Assembly: GCF_963921235.1 (NCBI RefSeq)
Contig: NC_086097.1
Coordinates: 170,378,001-170,442,000 of the forward strand
Reading direction: 5' to 3'
DNA length: 64,000 nucleotides
Source of the DNA: Mobula hypostoma
Lineage: Eukaryota
Below are positions 10,061 through 22,625 of the stretch, one piece after another. The notes beneath the pieces are model-generated. The model was not told where the DNA came from. It did no database searches and was given only the letters and a program-made list of their open reading frames with translations. Both the position numbers and the translations under genes were made by a program. Numbering within the stretch: position 1 is the stretch's first letter; every line of letters begins with the position of its first letter.

Positions 10061-13000
10061 CCAGTGTTGGGAAGACTGTGACGGTAGCAGCTACTACTCC
10101 CAACCCTACTGATTCTGGTGTCACTCTGAAGGCAGCGATCTCCTGGGGAAAGAACCCATGAAGGGTGAAAGCCTTTGTGGATTCTGGGGCAGCTAGTCAT
10201 TTCCTGGACTTGGGTACTGCCCAGCAGGCTCAACATACCTCTGCTGGAGTTGAGCCAGCCCATGCTTACGACCGCCTTGGATGGCCATCCTTGTCGGGCC
10301 TGTCAGATCCTGCAGCAGACATCAGTTCTTGTGAATGTGGATAGGGGAACATGTGGAGTATATTTGTTTCCATATCATTGATTCTCCTCACATTCCTCCT
10401 GATCCTCATGCAGCCTTCCCTTGGCCGTCCAAACATAACCCTTCTGTGAACTGGAAGGAAGGGAGAATCATTGTATGGTCAAGTCATCGCAAAAGGAAAT
10501 GTTTTCGGTTTGGTGTTCTGACCCCCAGACTCTCTGGAGACCAGTGGCCAATGAAGAGGCAAACTTTTTCTCGATGTAACCTGGAGAACTTCGGGAAATC
10601 CAGTCCCGCCTCCAAGGGCAGACAAACTAGCTCCAGTCAACAGGACCGTGCGAGTCTCGACCCTGTCTAGTAGGGAATGCAGTGGAGCTGGAGAGAGAGG
10701 GTCTCTGGCTCAGGAGCAAGCCAAGGAGTTTGCCAAAGAGGTGCCCAAGCATTCTGGAGCCCAAGCAGCCAGGCCTAAGGGAACTAGTCTTGAGTTCCCG
10801 TCGAAGGGAAAGGCTCCTAAACATAGACTCTTAGAGTGTAGCTCCAGGACATGTCAGGTCACTTGTCTGAGTCCAGTACTACCTGATGCATGGTCGGCTG
10901 GTCGGTGACTAAACCTGCTCCCCCACCAGGCTTGCCTGGTGAGGAGGGTGGCTAGACACCCTGCAGGACGAAAAACAAGACCTGTCAAAGGGTGGATGAA
11001 CCCTCTCATAGGGTCAACAGCGTTCTAGCAAACACGTGCTGTGAAGCGTGGAAAGGACATCCCTTGCATCGAAGCTTGGTCTGGCCATTCACTGCAACAG
11101 AACTTCCCCCAGCCGTCTTGGACCCCACCATGCACTGGATCCGGGAGGGAATGTCGAGAGGGTGGGTCTGGACCTATGCAACCACCTACTCACCTAAAAT
11201 CCATTCATGCACATGCTGCTCCTTTTTGAGGAGTGGAATATCCTAAACCTCACTAACTGACTGAAAGGAACCATTATCATCCTATGTGATGGATAGCCAG
11301 AGAGAGTTCCAGGACAAAAACTCTTCACAGTGCCTCGTTGCCATCATCTAAGGATACAGATGAGAATTTGGACTCTGTTTTGACCCCAGTGAACCTATGA
11401 AAGAGACTCTGAGGTCAGCTGGACCACTCCCGCTAGCAAAGGAGCCCCAGGAGTCATCTAAGGAGGGTTGTTGGGGGTGGTTGCAACACCCAAGCCAGTT
11501 GAAATCCCTTCTGTCTACAAGGATTTGGAAGAGACCTTCAACAAGGAAAAGGCCTCAACTCTTCCACCACACCAACCGTACGACAGTGCTGGAGATCTTG
11601 CTCCCCACAGGGTTGATTATACGTGCTCTCAGTCCTGGAGAGAAACACAACGGAGGAGTACATAAAGAAGGCTTTTGCCATGGGATTCATTCAGCCCTCC
11701 ACCTCACCAGCTGGCTCAGGCTTCTTCTTTGTACAGAAAAAGAATGGGAGCATGTGACCATGCGTTGATTATAGAGGGCCGAACTGCATAATGGTCAAGA
11801 ATCATTATTCCCTTCCACTCATAAACGCTGCCCCCAGAGTATTCTTGAAGCTAGACTTGTGGAATGTTCCATATAAAGGAGGGTGATGAGTGGAAGACTG
11901 CATTTAACACACTGACAGGGCACTATGAGTACCTGAGCGAGCCCTTTGGCCTCACTAATGCACCAGTGGTTTTCCAGGTGTGTTCTGGGATGCTATCCAT
12001 AAGTACACCTTTGTCTACTTGGATGACACCCTAATTTTCGCGTAGTCCATGGAGGAGTACATTACTCACGTCAGAGATACCTTGAAGAGGCTTCTGGATC
12101 ATGGACTTTATGTCAAGCTGGAGAAATCCGAATCTCACATAACCACCATTGCATTTTTAGATTTTATCTTCTGTAATGGCTATCTCAAGAGGGACCCTGC
12201 TAATATCCAGACAGTCAGAGATTGGCCACAACCATCCAATATGAAACAATTCCTGGAATTTTCCAATTTTTACAGAAAATTCATCAGGGACTTCATATTA
12301 GTGGCAGCTCTGCTGATAGCATAAAATGAAAGATTCATGGGCCATTTTGTTTGGGCTACCAAATCGGAGGCTGCTTTAGTAGGACTCAAACAACACTTCA
12401 CTACAGCTCCCATTTTGGTTTCATCTAACCCAGACCTTCCCTTGATCATGAAAGTGAATGCCTCAGACATCAGCGAGGGTGCAGTGCTGTCTCAACAGAC
12501 ACCTTCAGACAATAAACGCTTCCGAGTGCGTTCTGCTCCAGGTGGCAATCCCCGGAAAAAATGAATGATGACATCGGAAATAGAGAGCTGCTTGTGGGCT
12601 TTGACATTGTAGGAATGGCGTCACTGGTTTGAGGGGGCCAAAAACCCTTTATTGAATGGTGATGCCACAAAACCTGGCTTGTGTTCAGGAGGCCAAAACA
12701 CTGAATTCCAGACAGGCCAGCTGGTCTCTTTAACTAGTTCGATTTTGTTCTGGCTTAATGACCAGGGTCAAAGAATCAAAAACCACATGCCTTGGCTCGT
12801 CAGCTCAGCCAACCCAAAAGAGGGAAGCAGACTACCACCATTTTGCCCCAAGCTAAGGTGATAGTGCTCATTTGTTGGGGAATCAACTCACTTATTTGTA
12901 AGGTCCAGGCACAAGGGGAGATTCCCAAGAGTGGTTTTCCGGGTTGCCTGTTCGTCCCAAGTTCTGTCAGGTCTAAGGTACTTCAATGGGAACATGCATT

Positions 13001-13755
13001 GAGAATGACCGCACACCCAAGGGTTGCCAGAACCCTTGAGTTTACTAAGAGAAGGTACTGGTGTCCTAGAATGGCTAGAGAGGTCCGACCATATGTGTAG
13101 GCATGTGGTGGGTGCACCTAGAACAAGTTGCCTATACCCAACCTCAAGAGCTCCTTCACCCTCTACCCGTTCCGGACAGACCATGGGCTCACATCTCAAT
13201 GAATTTTGTCACGGGTCTTCTGCCTTCCAAGGATAAGACCATCATCATGGTAATTGTCAATTGTTTTTCAAAAGCCTGCAAATTCCTTGCATTGGTCAAA
13301 CTACTGTCAGCAGCAGAGATGGCTCAGATCGTCTGCATCAAGTCTTCAGGATCCATGGATTTCTGGTGGACATTGTGTCAGATTGGGTTGCACAACATGT
13401 GTCATATTTTAGGAGGGCATTCCGTATGCTGATCAGGGCTACAGTGAGTCTTTCCTCTGGGCTTCACTCATAGTTCAACAGCCAGATGGAGTGGGTAAAC
13501 CAGGATATGGAACGAACCTTGAGATGACTGACCTTAGAAAAATCAGGCGAGTGGTTCTGCATCACTCTTCCCTGAGAAGGAGAAGCTTTGCAGCCTGGGC
13601 AACAGGTCTGGTTGTCTACTCAGGATTTGCCTCTTCAGGTAGAGTCTAAGAAATTAGCACCAAAGTTCATTGGACCTTCTGAGATTCTCAAGAATGTAAA
13701 CCCGGTGGCTTACATATTGCAGCTCTCCAAGACCATCTCTGTAAATCCATTTCAT

Positions 13756-14716
13756 GCACGTCTGCTCTTACCCCATCCCCTCACCACCCTACCAGGGATA
13801 GGGTTCCTCTTGTCCTCATCTACCACACCACCAGCCTCTGTGTTCAGCACAAAATTCTCCTCAACTTCAGTCACCTCCAAAGAGATCCCACCACTAAGCA
13901 CATCTTTCCCTCCCTCCCATTTTCTGCTTTCCACAGGGATCACTCCCTACTCAACTCCCTTGTCTATTCGCCTCTTCCCACTGATCTCCCTCCTGGCACT
14001 TATCCTTGAAAGAGGAACTTACCCCTACACCTCCCCCCTCACTACCATCCAGGGCCCATCGTGAGTTTATTGGGGTCATTTACTGTGTTCGGTGCTCTTG
14101 GTGTGGCCTTCTGTATATTGGTGAGACCCGACGTAGATTGGGAGACGGCTTCGCCGAGCATCTACACTCTCTTCGTCAGAATAAGCAGGATCTTCCAGTG
14201 GCCACCCATTTGAATTCCACTTCCCATTCCCATTCCAATATATCCATCCAAGGCCTCCTCCACTGTTGTGATGAGGCCACACGTAGGTTGGAGGAACAAC
14301 ACCTTATATTTCACTTGGCTAGCCTCCAACCTGATGGTATAAACATCGATTTCTCAAACTTACGGTAATGCCCCCACACCCCGCTTCACCATTTCTCATC
14401 CCCTTTTCCCTCTCTTACCTTATCTCCTTGCCTACCCATCGCCTCCACATGGTGCTCTTCCCCCTTTTCTTTCTTCCATGGCCTTCTATCTCTTTCACCA
14501 ATCAACTTACCAGCTCTTTATTTAATTTCTCCCCCTCCAGCTTTTACCTATTACCTTGGGTTTCTCTCTCCCTTTCCCCCGGCCTTTTAAATCTACTCCT
14601 CAGCCTTTATTCTCCAGTCCTGCCGAAGGGTTTTGGCCCGAAACGTTGACGGTACTTTTTACCATAGGTGCTGCCTGGACTGCTGAATTCCTCCAGCATT
14701 TTGTGTGTGTTGCTCA
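13756..14716 (+). mobile_element. Penelope-like element fragment nested in Gypsy integrase
   Basis: GVIYCVRCSWCGLLYIGETRRRLGDGFAEHL...LEEQHLIFHLASLQPDGINIDF (GIY-YIG); 3' tail; degenerate duplicated flanks GTAAATCCATTT / GTAAATTCCACTT. Confidence 0.9.
14615..14652 (+). ncRNA. Minimal type-I hammerhead ribozyme-like motif (degenerate) in the Penelope 3' repeat
   Basis: CAGTC-CTGCCGA-A-GGGTT TT GGCCC-GAAA-CG-TT-GACGG gives stem I / CUGANGA-like core / stem II / GAAA / minimal stem III / UH / stem I'. Core A6 is C here, so activity is uncertain. Confidence 0.6.
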
Positions 14717-15005
14717 GGTAAATTCCACTTCCCACATTTCCACATTAAAATCTGTAAGCACCACTACCATCCGCCCCGTGGCCACCCAGGTTTGTCGATG
14801 GGAAAAGGTCTTCACTGTAAAAATAATTCTGGACTCATGAACTGTTTTAGTGTTCGGCTGCTGCACGTAGAGTGGGAAGGATTCGGACCTGAGGAATGGT
14901 GCTGGGTTCCTGAAAGGGTCACCTTGGATCTGGCTCTTATCCATACTACCATCCTTGTCTCTGAGCAGCCAAGGTCATCCGGAGTTGGTTGTATGGGAGG
15001 GGTCC

Positions 15006-15306
15006 TGTTACGATACACACCTGACCGCATCTAGGGTTTAGACGCTCTGACTCGCTATAATATGGATAGCTGGCATGCCCCTTTAAAGATTCAAGCCTGC
15101 CCCACGAATTGGCGGCCATGTTTTGGCACCAGAATTTTAGTATTTAAAGAGCACCTGAAATGAATCCAAAGCTCTGCTTTGGACTCTCATCTAGCGTCTA
15201 GTTTAATACCCTGTCCTTGTCTCAATCTCCTATCATGTCTTGATTCTAGTCTCAGATACTCGAGCACTTGGGTCTTTAACATCCTCGCCTAGGTGTTTTC
15301 GTCACA
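15006..15306 (+). repeat. 3' LTR of the Sushi-like Gypsy
   Basis: TGTTACGATACACA...TTCGTCACA, preceded by PPT-like GGGAGGGG; homologous to 8874-9182. Confidence 0.9.
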
Positions 15307-16296
15307 CAGTGGTGAATCTTTGGTATTCATAAGAAGATCAGTGGATTTCTGGAGGGATCTGAAGTAGTGTAGGAACATGGACCTGATGTAAAAGACCTGG
15401 CATAATCTTTATGAATATCTGAACAGGCTTGTTGGCTGAATGGCCTCTTCTTGCTTCTAATTTATCTTCTCTTGCATTACTCAGCATCAATATCCATTAT
15501 TTTGCTCAGTCTCAATAATTCATGAAATACCATCCTTTCAAAAAGATGCAGAGATGTCATATCTTGGTGTGCTGGCTCCCACTCTCATTTCTACGTTTTA
15601 ATTCACTTCTGTAAGTAGACAAAAAGTATTCTGCAATCTTATAATTAGACAGATGCATGTCATCTGTTTTAATTACTGAGCCAGCAGTGAAAAGCCATGA
15701 TCTGTGCAAAATTGGGACTCGGACTTGTACATGAGAGAAATGACAGATTTCTTAATACTGCAATTAATCTTCTTAGCATCTAAAATGAGAACTTAAATGT
15801 TCAGCTAACATTAATCAAAACAGTTCTAAATTAGGTTTAGAATTCTGTAAGGGCTAAAAATGAATCAATAAATTTAAGGTGACATGGTATTTCTGATTAT
15901 AGAGTACTGTTTAATGAATGATACTTGAAAACCAAACCAGAAAGCATTAAGTCAAATCGAGATTCTGGAGGTATTTTCTAGTAAATTATTTGTTGAACTT
16001 AAAACTGCTAACAGTTGTGTATGCTGATCCAATGTAGCTTGTATCTGCACTGTAAGTTCTCTGTGATTGAAGGTCACAACATCTTGAAGACATAAATACA
16101 TTTGCCCAGCTTCTCCATCTCTGCTACGTTTATTCTAATGGTCCCATTTCGCATATAATGTTGGTATACATTCTGTTTTGCTCAGCTGAACATTCACCTC
16201 CTTTGGGAATGACGGGAGAAAACTATGTTTATTTTCACATCTTTCTGCTGTTTTAGAAACTTATATTCTCTTTGTCCTTATCTTTCATCTTATCAG

Positions 16297-16775
16297 CCTC
16301 CAGAATCAAAGGGTTATCATACGAGGAACGTTTGATAGCTCTGGGTCTGTACTCGCTGGAATTTAGAAGGATGGGGGGGGGGATCTCATTGAAACCTTTC
16401 GAATGTTGAAAGGCCTATGCAGAGTAGATGTGGAAAGGATGTTTCCCAAGGAGGGGGAATCTAGGACAAGAGTGCACAGCCTCAGGATAGAGGGGCATCC
16501 AATTAAAACAGAAATGCAGAGACATTTCTTTAGCCAGAGGGTGGTGAATTTGTGGAATTTATAGCCACAGACAGCTGTGGAGGCCAGGTTGTTGGGTGTA
16601 TTTAAGGCAGAACTTGATAGGTTCTTGATTGGACATTTCATCAAAGGTTACGGGGAGAAGGCTAGGGAGTGGGTCTGAGGAGGGGTAAAAAAATGGATCA
16701 GCCATGATTGAATGGCAAAGCAGACTCAATGGGCTAAATAACCTAATTCTGTTCCTACATCTTATGGTCTTATAG
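16297..16775 (+). mobile_element. CR1 LINE 3' fragment
   Basis: LGLYSLEFRRM..DLIETF...QRVVNLWN; 3' end CCTAATTCTGTTCCTACATCTTATGGTCTTAT. Confidence 0.9.
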
Positions 16776-16974
16776 ATCACCCTTTCCCATTTCTGGTATC
16801 TCCCAGTAATTAAACCCTTCCATTCCCCTTAAACATTTTAGTAGGGGAGAGGTCTATTCTCATCATTCTCAATGCAAACTGCCTCATCCATGGGATCTTC
16901 CAGGACAAATTCAGGAGATTCAGTGCTTGAAGATTAAAGAGAGTGGAGCTGCAGGAATCTGGAAAAAAACAAAC

Positions 16975-17440
16975 ATTCCCGCCATTGAGCACTGCCACAA
17001 GAAAGTAGCATCCATCATCAAGGACATCCACCATCCAGGCCATGCCCTCTTCTCTCTGCTACCATCAGGAAAGAGGTATAGGAGCCTTGGGTCCAACACT
17101 AGCAGGTTCAGGAACAGTTATTCCTCTTCAATCATCAGGCTCCTGAATCAGCATGGATAATTTCACTCATCTTAACAATCAACTAACTTCACAAACACTG
17201 GACTCACTTTTAAGGACTCTACAATTCATGTTCTCAGATTGATTGATTGATTGATTGACTTATTGATTTATTTATTTTTAATACTTCCAGTTTGTTTCCT
17301 TTTGCACATTGGTTGTTTGCCAGCCTTTGTGTGTAGTTTTCATTGGTTCTATTGCATTTCTTTGTTCTACAGTGAATTTGTGCAAGGTAATTTATGGTGA
17401 CATATACATACTTTGATAATAAATGTACTTTGAACTTTGA
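16975..17440 (+). mobile_element. Rex1/Babar-like LINE 3' end
   Basis: ASIIKDIHHPGHALFSLLPSGKRYRS; tail TTTGATAATAAATGTACTTTGAACTTTGA. Confidence 0.85.
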
Positions 17441-17457
17441 AATAAGCCACTGTAAAG

Positions 17458-18390
17458 ACTCATAGAACATAGAATAGTACAACACCAGACGAGGCCATTC
17501 GTTCCAGGATGTTGTGTCAATCGATGCCAATTTATACTGCATGTCCTCCTCCTTCTCAATGTCATCTCTATCCCTTCATTACATGCATATTCTATATCTA
17601 CTTAATAGCCACTTAAGTTCCACTGAACTGTCTGCTTCTACTACTACTCCGGGTACCTGCTACTCTGCGAAAAAAAAATCCTTCATCTACCATTTAAATC
17701 CACCCCTCCTAACCTTAAAACCATGTGCTTTGGTGTTTGACATTTCTGCTTTAGGGGAAATGATCTGACTGTCTACTTTACATATTGTTTTCATAATTTA
17801 AAAAAAATCATCTTTCAAGTCTCCCTTCAGCCTCTAAGGGTTTATGCTTGTCCAAACTTTCCTTATACTTGTCCAAACTTTTCTTATACAGTAGCTCATA
17901 CCCCCTAATCCAGTCAGCATCCTGGTAAATCTCTTATGTACCCCTTCAAAAGACCCTTCCTGTAATGAGGCAAACAGAACTGCACACAATACTTCAAGTG
18001 TGGTCTGACTAAAGTTTCATATAGCAGCATGAACTCCTTACTCCAATATTCAGCACCCCTCAGCATGCAGTATTCCTTCATTGCCACCTTAACTACTTGT
18101 GTAGCCCACTTCACTGATCTATGAACCTGAATGTCACCCTCCTGGATACTCCTGTATTTAAATTCTATTAATAGGCTTACCATTAACTGTATTTTCTCCT
18201 TTTATTTCACCTCCTGAAGTGCAGACCTTGACAACTCCTAACATTTGCTTAGATTAAACCCCAACTGTCTCTTCACTGTGCATATCTGCAACTGGCCTAT
18301 ATCCAATGGTATTTGTTACCTTTTATACGTTCCACAATTCCGCTAATTTTATTTTGAACCACAAACTCACAAATCCACCCATCTACATTT
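17458..18390 (-). mobile_element. CR1 LINE 3' fragment
   Basis: LYETLVRPHLKYCVQFCLPHYRK; (TTCTATG)n-type tail at ~17460. Confidence 0.8.
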
Positions 18391-18399
18391 TCATTTAAA

Positions 18400-21300
18400 T
18401 CACTCGTATTCTCTTCGGTAGGCTGCAACAATCGCAAGCAGTCACTTGATTGGCAGGAATTTTAAAAAGAGCTCTGGTCCTTTTGGAACTTTTCAGTGGG
18501 CTGCAATCATAACAATGTCCTAGGCACACAGCAGTGGACAATAAATAGAAGGGGGGGGGGTGTAAGCGGAGCGGCTATTGTTGGAGTGAAACAGTGTTAG
18601 AGTGGTCAGGCTTAGGCAAGAACAGGCACAGGTTGGAATTTAAGCTTGAGAAGTTAAAGGTATTACGGGTGTAGGTCAGATGGCAGTTAAGACAGTGGGA
18701 TGTTCCTCCTGTAATATATGGGATTTCAGGGTACCAACAGTCTCCCAGATGACTACATTTACTGGAAGCGCACCTAAATTCAGCTCCTGACTGATAGGAA
18801 CGAGGAACTGGAGCTGGAGCTGGATGTACTCAGGACCATCCAGGAGGCTGAAAACCTCAAAGATGTGGTGGTCACCCCCAGAGTACTAGTAGTTGGGTGA
18901 CAACCAGGAGAAGTAAGGGGAGAAAGCAGTCAGTGCAGGGTTCTCCTTGGCCATTTCCCTCGGAAGCAAGTAGATTCCTTTGGATATTGTTGGGGGTGTG
19001 GAGGCTAATAACATACCAGGACATAGCTGCAACAGACAAGCCAGTGTCTCTGAGGCTCAACAGGGAAGGATAAAGTCAAACAGAACAATAGTGATAGTAG
19101 ACTCAATAGTTAGGGAAACGGATAAGAGATTCCATGACAGTGAAAGAAGTGCTTGGATGGTGTGCTGCCTCCCAGCTGCTAAGGTCTCGAATGTCCCAGA
19201 GCAGCTGCAGAAGATTCTCAAGAGGGAGGATGAGGAGCCAGCGGTCATGTTGCACACTGGCACCAATGACATCAGTAGAAAGGGGGAAGTGGTCCTGTGC
19301 AGTGAGTATAGGGAGGTAGGAAAGAGGCTGAAGAACAGGACCTCCAAGGTAGTAATCTTTGGATGACTCCCAGTGCCACGTGCTAGTTTGGGCAGGAATA
19401 GGAAGATAGTACAGGTCAATGAGTGGCTGAGGAATTGGCGTAGGGGGCAGGGTTACAGATTTCTTCTGGGGAAGGTATGACCTGTACAAAATGGATGGGT
19501 TACACCTAAACCCAAGGGGGACAAATATCCTTGTGGGTAGGTTTTCTAGAGCTATTGAGAAGGGGTTAAACTAATTTAGCAGGGGGATGGGAACAACACT
19601 GATAGGGCTGACAATGGGGCAGTTGGTATACAAGTCGATACAGTGAGTAGTGAGAATGTGAGGAAGGACAGGTAGGTGATAGGGCAAATTTGCAGTCAGC
19701 GGGATGAGTTGAGGTGTAACATGGGGGCAAAATCAAAAAAGGATGATGAATACAGGACTGAGGGTGTTATATTTGAAAGTGCAGTATACAGAATAAGGTA
19801 GATGATCTTGAGGAGCAGTTAGAGATTGGCAGGTATGATGTGTGGGCATCACTGAGATGAAAGAAGGTCATAGTTGGGAGCTTAGCACCCAAGGATACAA
19901 ATTGTATTGGAAGGACAGGCAGGTAGACAGTGGGGATGTGGTGGCTCTGATGGTAAAAAATGAAATCAAATCCTCAGAAAGAGGTGACATATGTAGTTTT
20001 GGAAGATGTAGAATCCTTAAAGGTAGAGCTAAAAAAAACTGCAGGGGTAAAAAAAAAACCCTGATGGGAGTTATGTACAAACCTCCAAACAGTCACCAGG
20101 ATGTGAGATGTAAATTACAATGGGAAATAGAAAAGGCATGTAAAAAGGGCAATGTTACAACAGTCATGAGGGATTTCTATATGCAGGTAAATTGAGAAAA
20201 TCAGGCTGGCGCTGGATCCCAAGGGAAGAAATTTGTAGAAAGCCTAGAGATGGCTTTTCAGAGCAGAGTATGGTTGAGCCCACTAGGGGAAAGGCACTTC
20301 TGGATTGCATGTCGTATAATGAACCAAATTTGATTAGGAAGCTTAAGTTAAAGGAATACTTAGGAGTGATCATATTATGCTAGATTTCACCTTACAGTTT
20401 GAGAGGGAGAAGATAAAGTCAAGTGTATCAATATTACAGCAGAGCAAAGTGAATTACAGAGGCATGAGAGAGAAGCCAGTCAAAGTTGACTGGAAGGGGA
20501 CACTATCAGGGATAACAGCAGAACAACAATGGCTGGAGTATCTGGGGGCAATTTGGAAGGCGCAGGATAAATACAGCCCAAAGATCAAGAAGTATTTTAA
20601 AGGAAGGACGAGAGAATCACAGCTGACAAGAGAAATCAATGACAGTATAAGAGGAAAATTGAGTGCATATAATATGGCAAAAATTAATGGGAAGTTAGAG
20701 GATTGGGAAGTTTTTTTAAAAAAAAATCAACAAAAGACAGCTAAAAAAAATAAGGAGAGAGAAGGTGAAATATGAAGGCAAGCTAACCAACAATATAAAA
20801 GAGAATATCAAAAGTCATTTCAGAGAAATAAAAAGAGAGGTGGGAGTGGATATTGGACCACTGGAAAATGATACTGAAGAGATAGTAATGGGGGACAAAA
20901 CATGACAGACGAACTCAGCAAGTATTTTGCGTCGGTTTTCACAGTGGAAGACACTAGCAGTATGCCGAAAATTTGAGAATATCGAGGGCAGAAGTGAGTG
21001 CAGTTGCTATTAATAAGAAGGTTGGTGTTTGGGAAACTGAAAGTAGATAAGTCACCTGGACCAGATGGACTATACCCCAGGATTCTGAAAGAGGTTGCTG
21101 AAGAGATTGTTGAAGCATTTGTAATGATCTTTTACAATCACTAGATTCTGGAATGGTTCTGGAGGATTGGAAAATTGCAAACGTCTCTCCACTCTTTAAG
21201 AAGGAAAGGAAGCAAAAGAAAGGAAATTACAGGTCAGTTAGCCTGAATTCAGTGGTTGGGAAGATGTTGGAGTCAATTAATGAGGATGAGGTTCAGGGTA

Positions 21301-22617
21301 CTTGGAGGAACATGATAAAATAGGCTAAAGTCAGCATTGTTTTCTTAAAGGGAAATCTTGCCTGGCAAGTTTGTAGAATTCTTTGAGAAAATAATAGACA
21401 GGATAGACAAATGAGAGTTAGTGGATGCTGTTTACTTGGATTTTCAGGAGGCCTTTGACAAGGTGCCTCAAATTAGGTTTATTAGGGTAAGAGCCCATGG
21501 GATTACAGGAAAGATACTAGTATGTATAGAAGATTGGCTGAGTGGCAGGGGATAAATAGTGGGAATAAAGGGGGCCTTTTCTGGTTGACTGTTGGTGACA
21601 TGTGATGTTTTACAGGAGTCAATATTGGAAATGTTTCATTTCACTTTATACGTCAATGATTTGGATGATGCAATTGATGGCTTTATGGCTAAGTATGTGG
21701 ATGATGCAAAGATACGTGGAGGGGCAGGTAGTTTTGCGAAGGCTATTAGTCTGTAGAAGGACTTAGACAGACTGGGAGAATTGGCAAAGTGGCAGATGGA
21801 AATAGTGTTAGGAAGTGCATGGACATGCACTTTGGTAGAAGGAATAAAGGTGTAGACTATTTTCTAAAAGGGGAGAAAATTCAAGAATCAGAGGTGCAAA
21901 GGGACATGGGAGTCCTTGTGCAGAATTCTCTAAAGGTTAACTTGCAGGCTGAGTTGGTGGTAAGGAAGGCAATTGCAATGTTAACATTCATTTTGAGAAG
22001 ACTAGAATTATTACAAGAAGGATGTAATGATAAGGCTTAATGAGGCATTGCTCAGATTGCACTTAGAATACTATGAGCAGTTTTAGGGACCTTGTATAAG
22101 GAAAGATGTACTGGCTTTTGATAGGGCCCAGAGGAGGCTCATGAGAATGATCTCAGGAATGAAAGGGTTAATATATGAGGAACATTTGATGACTCTGGGT
22201 CTGTACTCACCAGAGTTTAGAAGAATGGGCGGGGGGGGGGGTTGGAATTTCATTGAAACCTATTGAATATTGAAAGACTTAGACAGAGTGGATGTGAAGA
22301 GGATGTTTCCTCCAGTGTGTGAGTCAGGGGACCAAAGGGCACAGCCTCAGAATAAGGGGACATCCATTTATAATAGAGGTAAGATAGAATTTATTTAGCC
22401 AGAGGGTGGTGAATCAGTGGAATTCATTTCCTCGGAAAGCTGTGGTGGCCAGTTCATTAGGCGTATTTTAGGCAGGGGTTGACAGGTCAGGGCATCAAAG
22501 GTTATGGGGAGAAGACAGGAGAATAGGGTTGTGAGCGATAATAAATCAGCCATGATGGAATGGTGGAGTAGATTCAAAGGGCCAAATGGCCTAACTCTGC
22601 TCCTATGTGTTACGGTT
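18400..22617 (+). mobile_element. Near full-length CR1 LINE (ORF1 Zn-finger + SGNH esterase; ORF2 APE-RT), pseudogenised
   Basis: ORF1: CSSCNIW ~18700, VIVDSIVR, CCLPAAK, HTGTND, DGLHLN (GDSL/SGNH). ORF2: GITE, YKPPN, DFY, EPTRGKALLD (APE); KSPGPDG, YLDFQEAFDKV, YVDD ~21694 (RT). CR1 3' UTR to 22617. Confidence 0.92.
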
Positions 22618-22625
22618 ATATATAT

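Larger units (their letters stand above)
10120..14960 (+). pseudogene. Gypsy pol (PR-RT-RNase H-IN-chromodomain) with many stops/frameshifts, interrupted by a Penelope insertion
   Basis: PR AFVDSGA ~10170; LPPHQPYD ~11560; [22 protein letters not shown] ~11890-11965; YLDD ~12016; RNase H NASD ~12460; IN HPRVART and [22 protein letters not shown] ~13650; chromodomain VEWEGFGPEEWCWVP ~14867-14912. Confidence 0.9.
8874..15306 (+). mobile_element. Ty3/Gypsy chromovirus (Sushi-like) LTR retrotransposon with both LTRs, pseudogenised
   Basis: LTRs 8874-9182 and 15006-15306 (TG..CA); gag, PR, RT, RNase H, IN and chromodomain remnants in order; purine tract before the 3' LTR; splits a CR1 3' fragment (…TGCACTCACAGAG | CAGTGGTGAATCT…). 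Confidence 0.93.

Noticed and set aside
18980..19560. SGNH/GDSL esterase as a host gene
   Set aside because: It is CR1 ORF1, directly upstream of APE-RT, and has stops and frameshifts.
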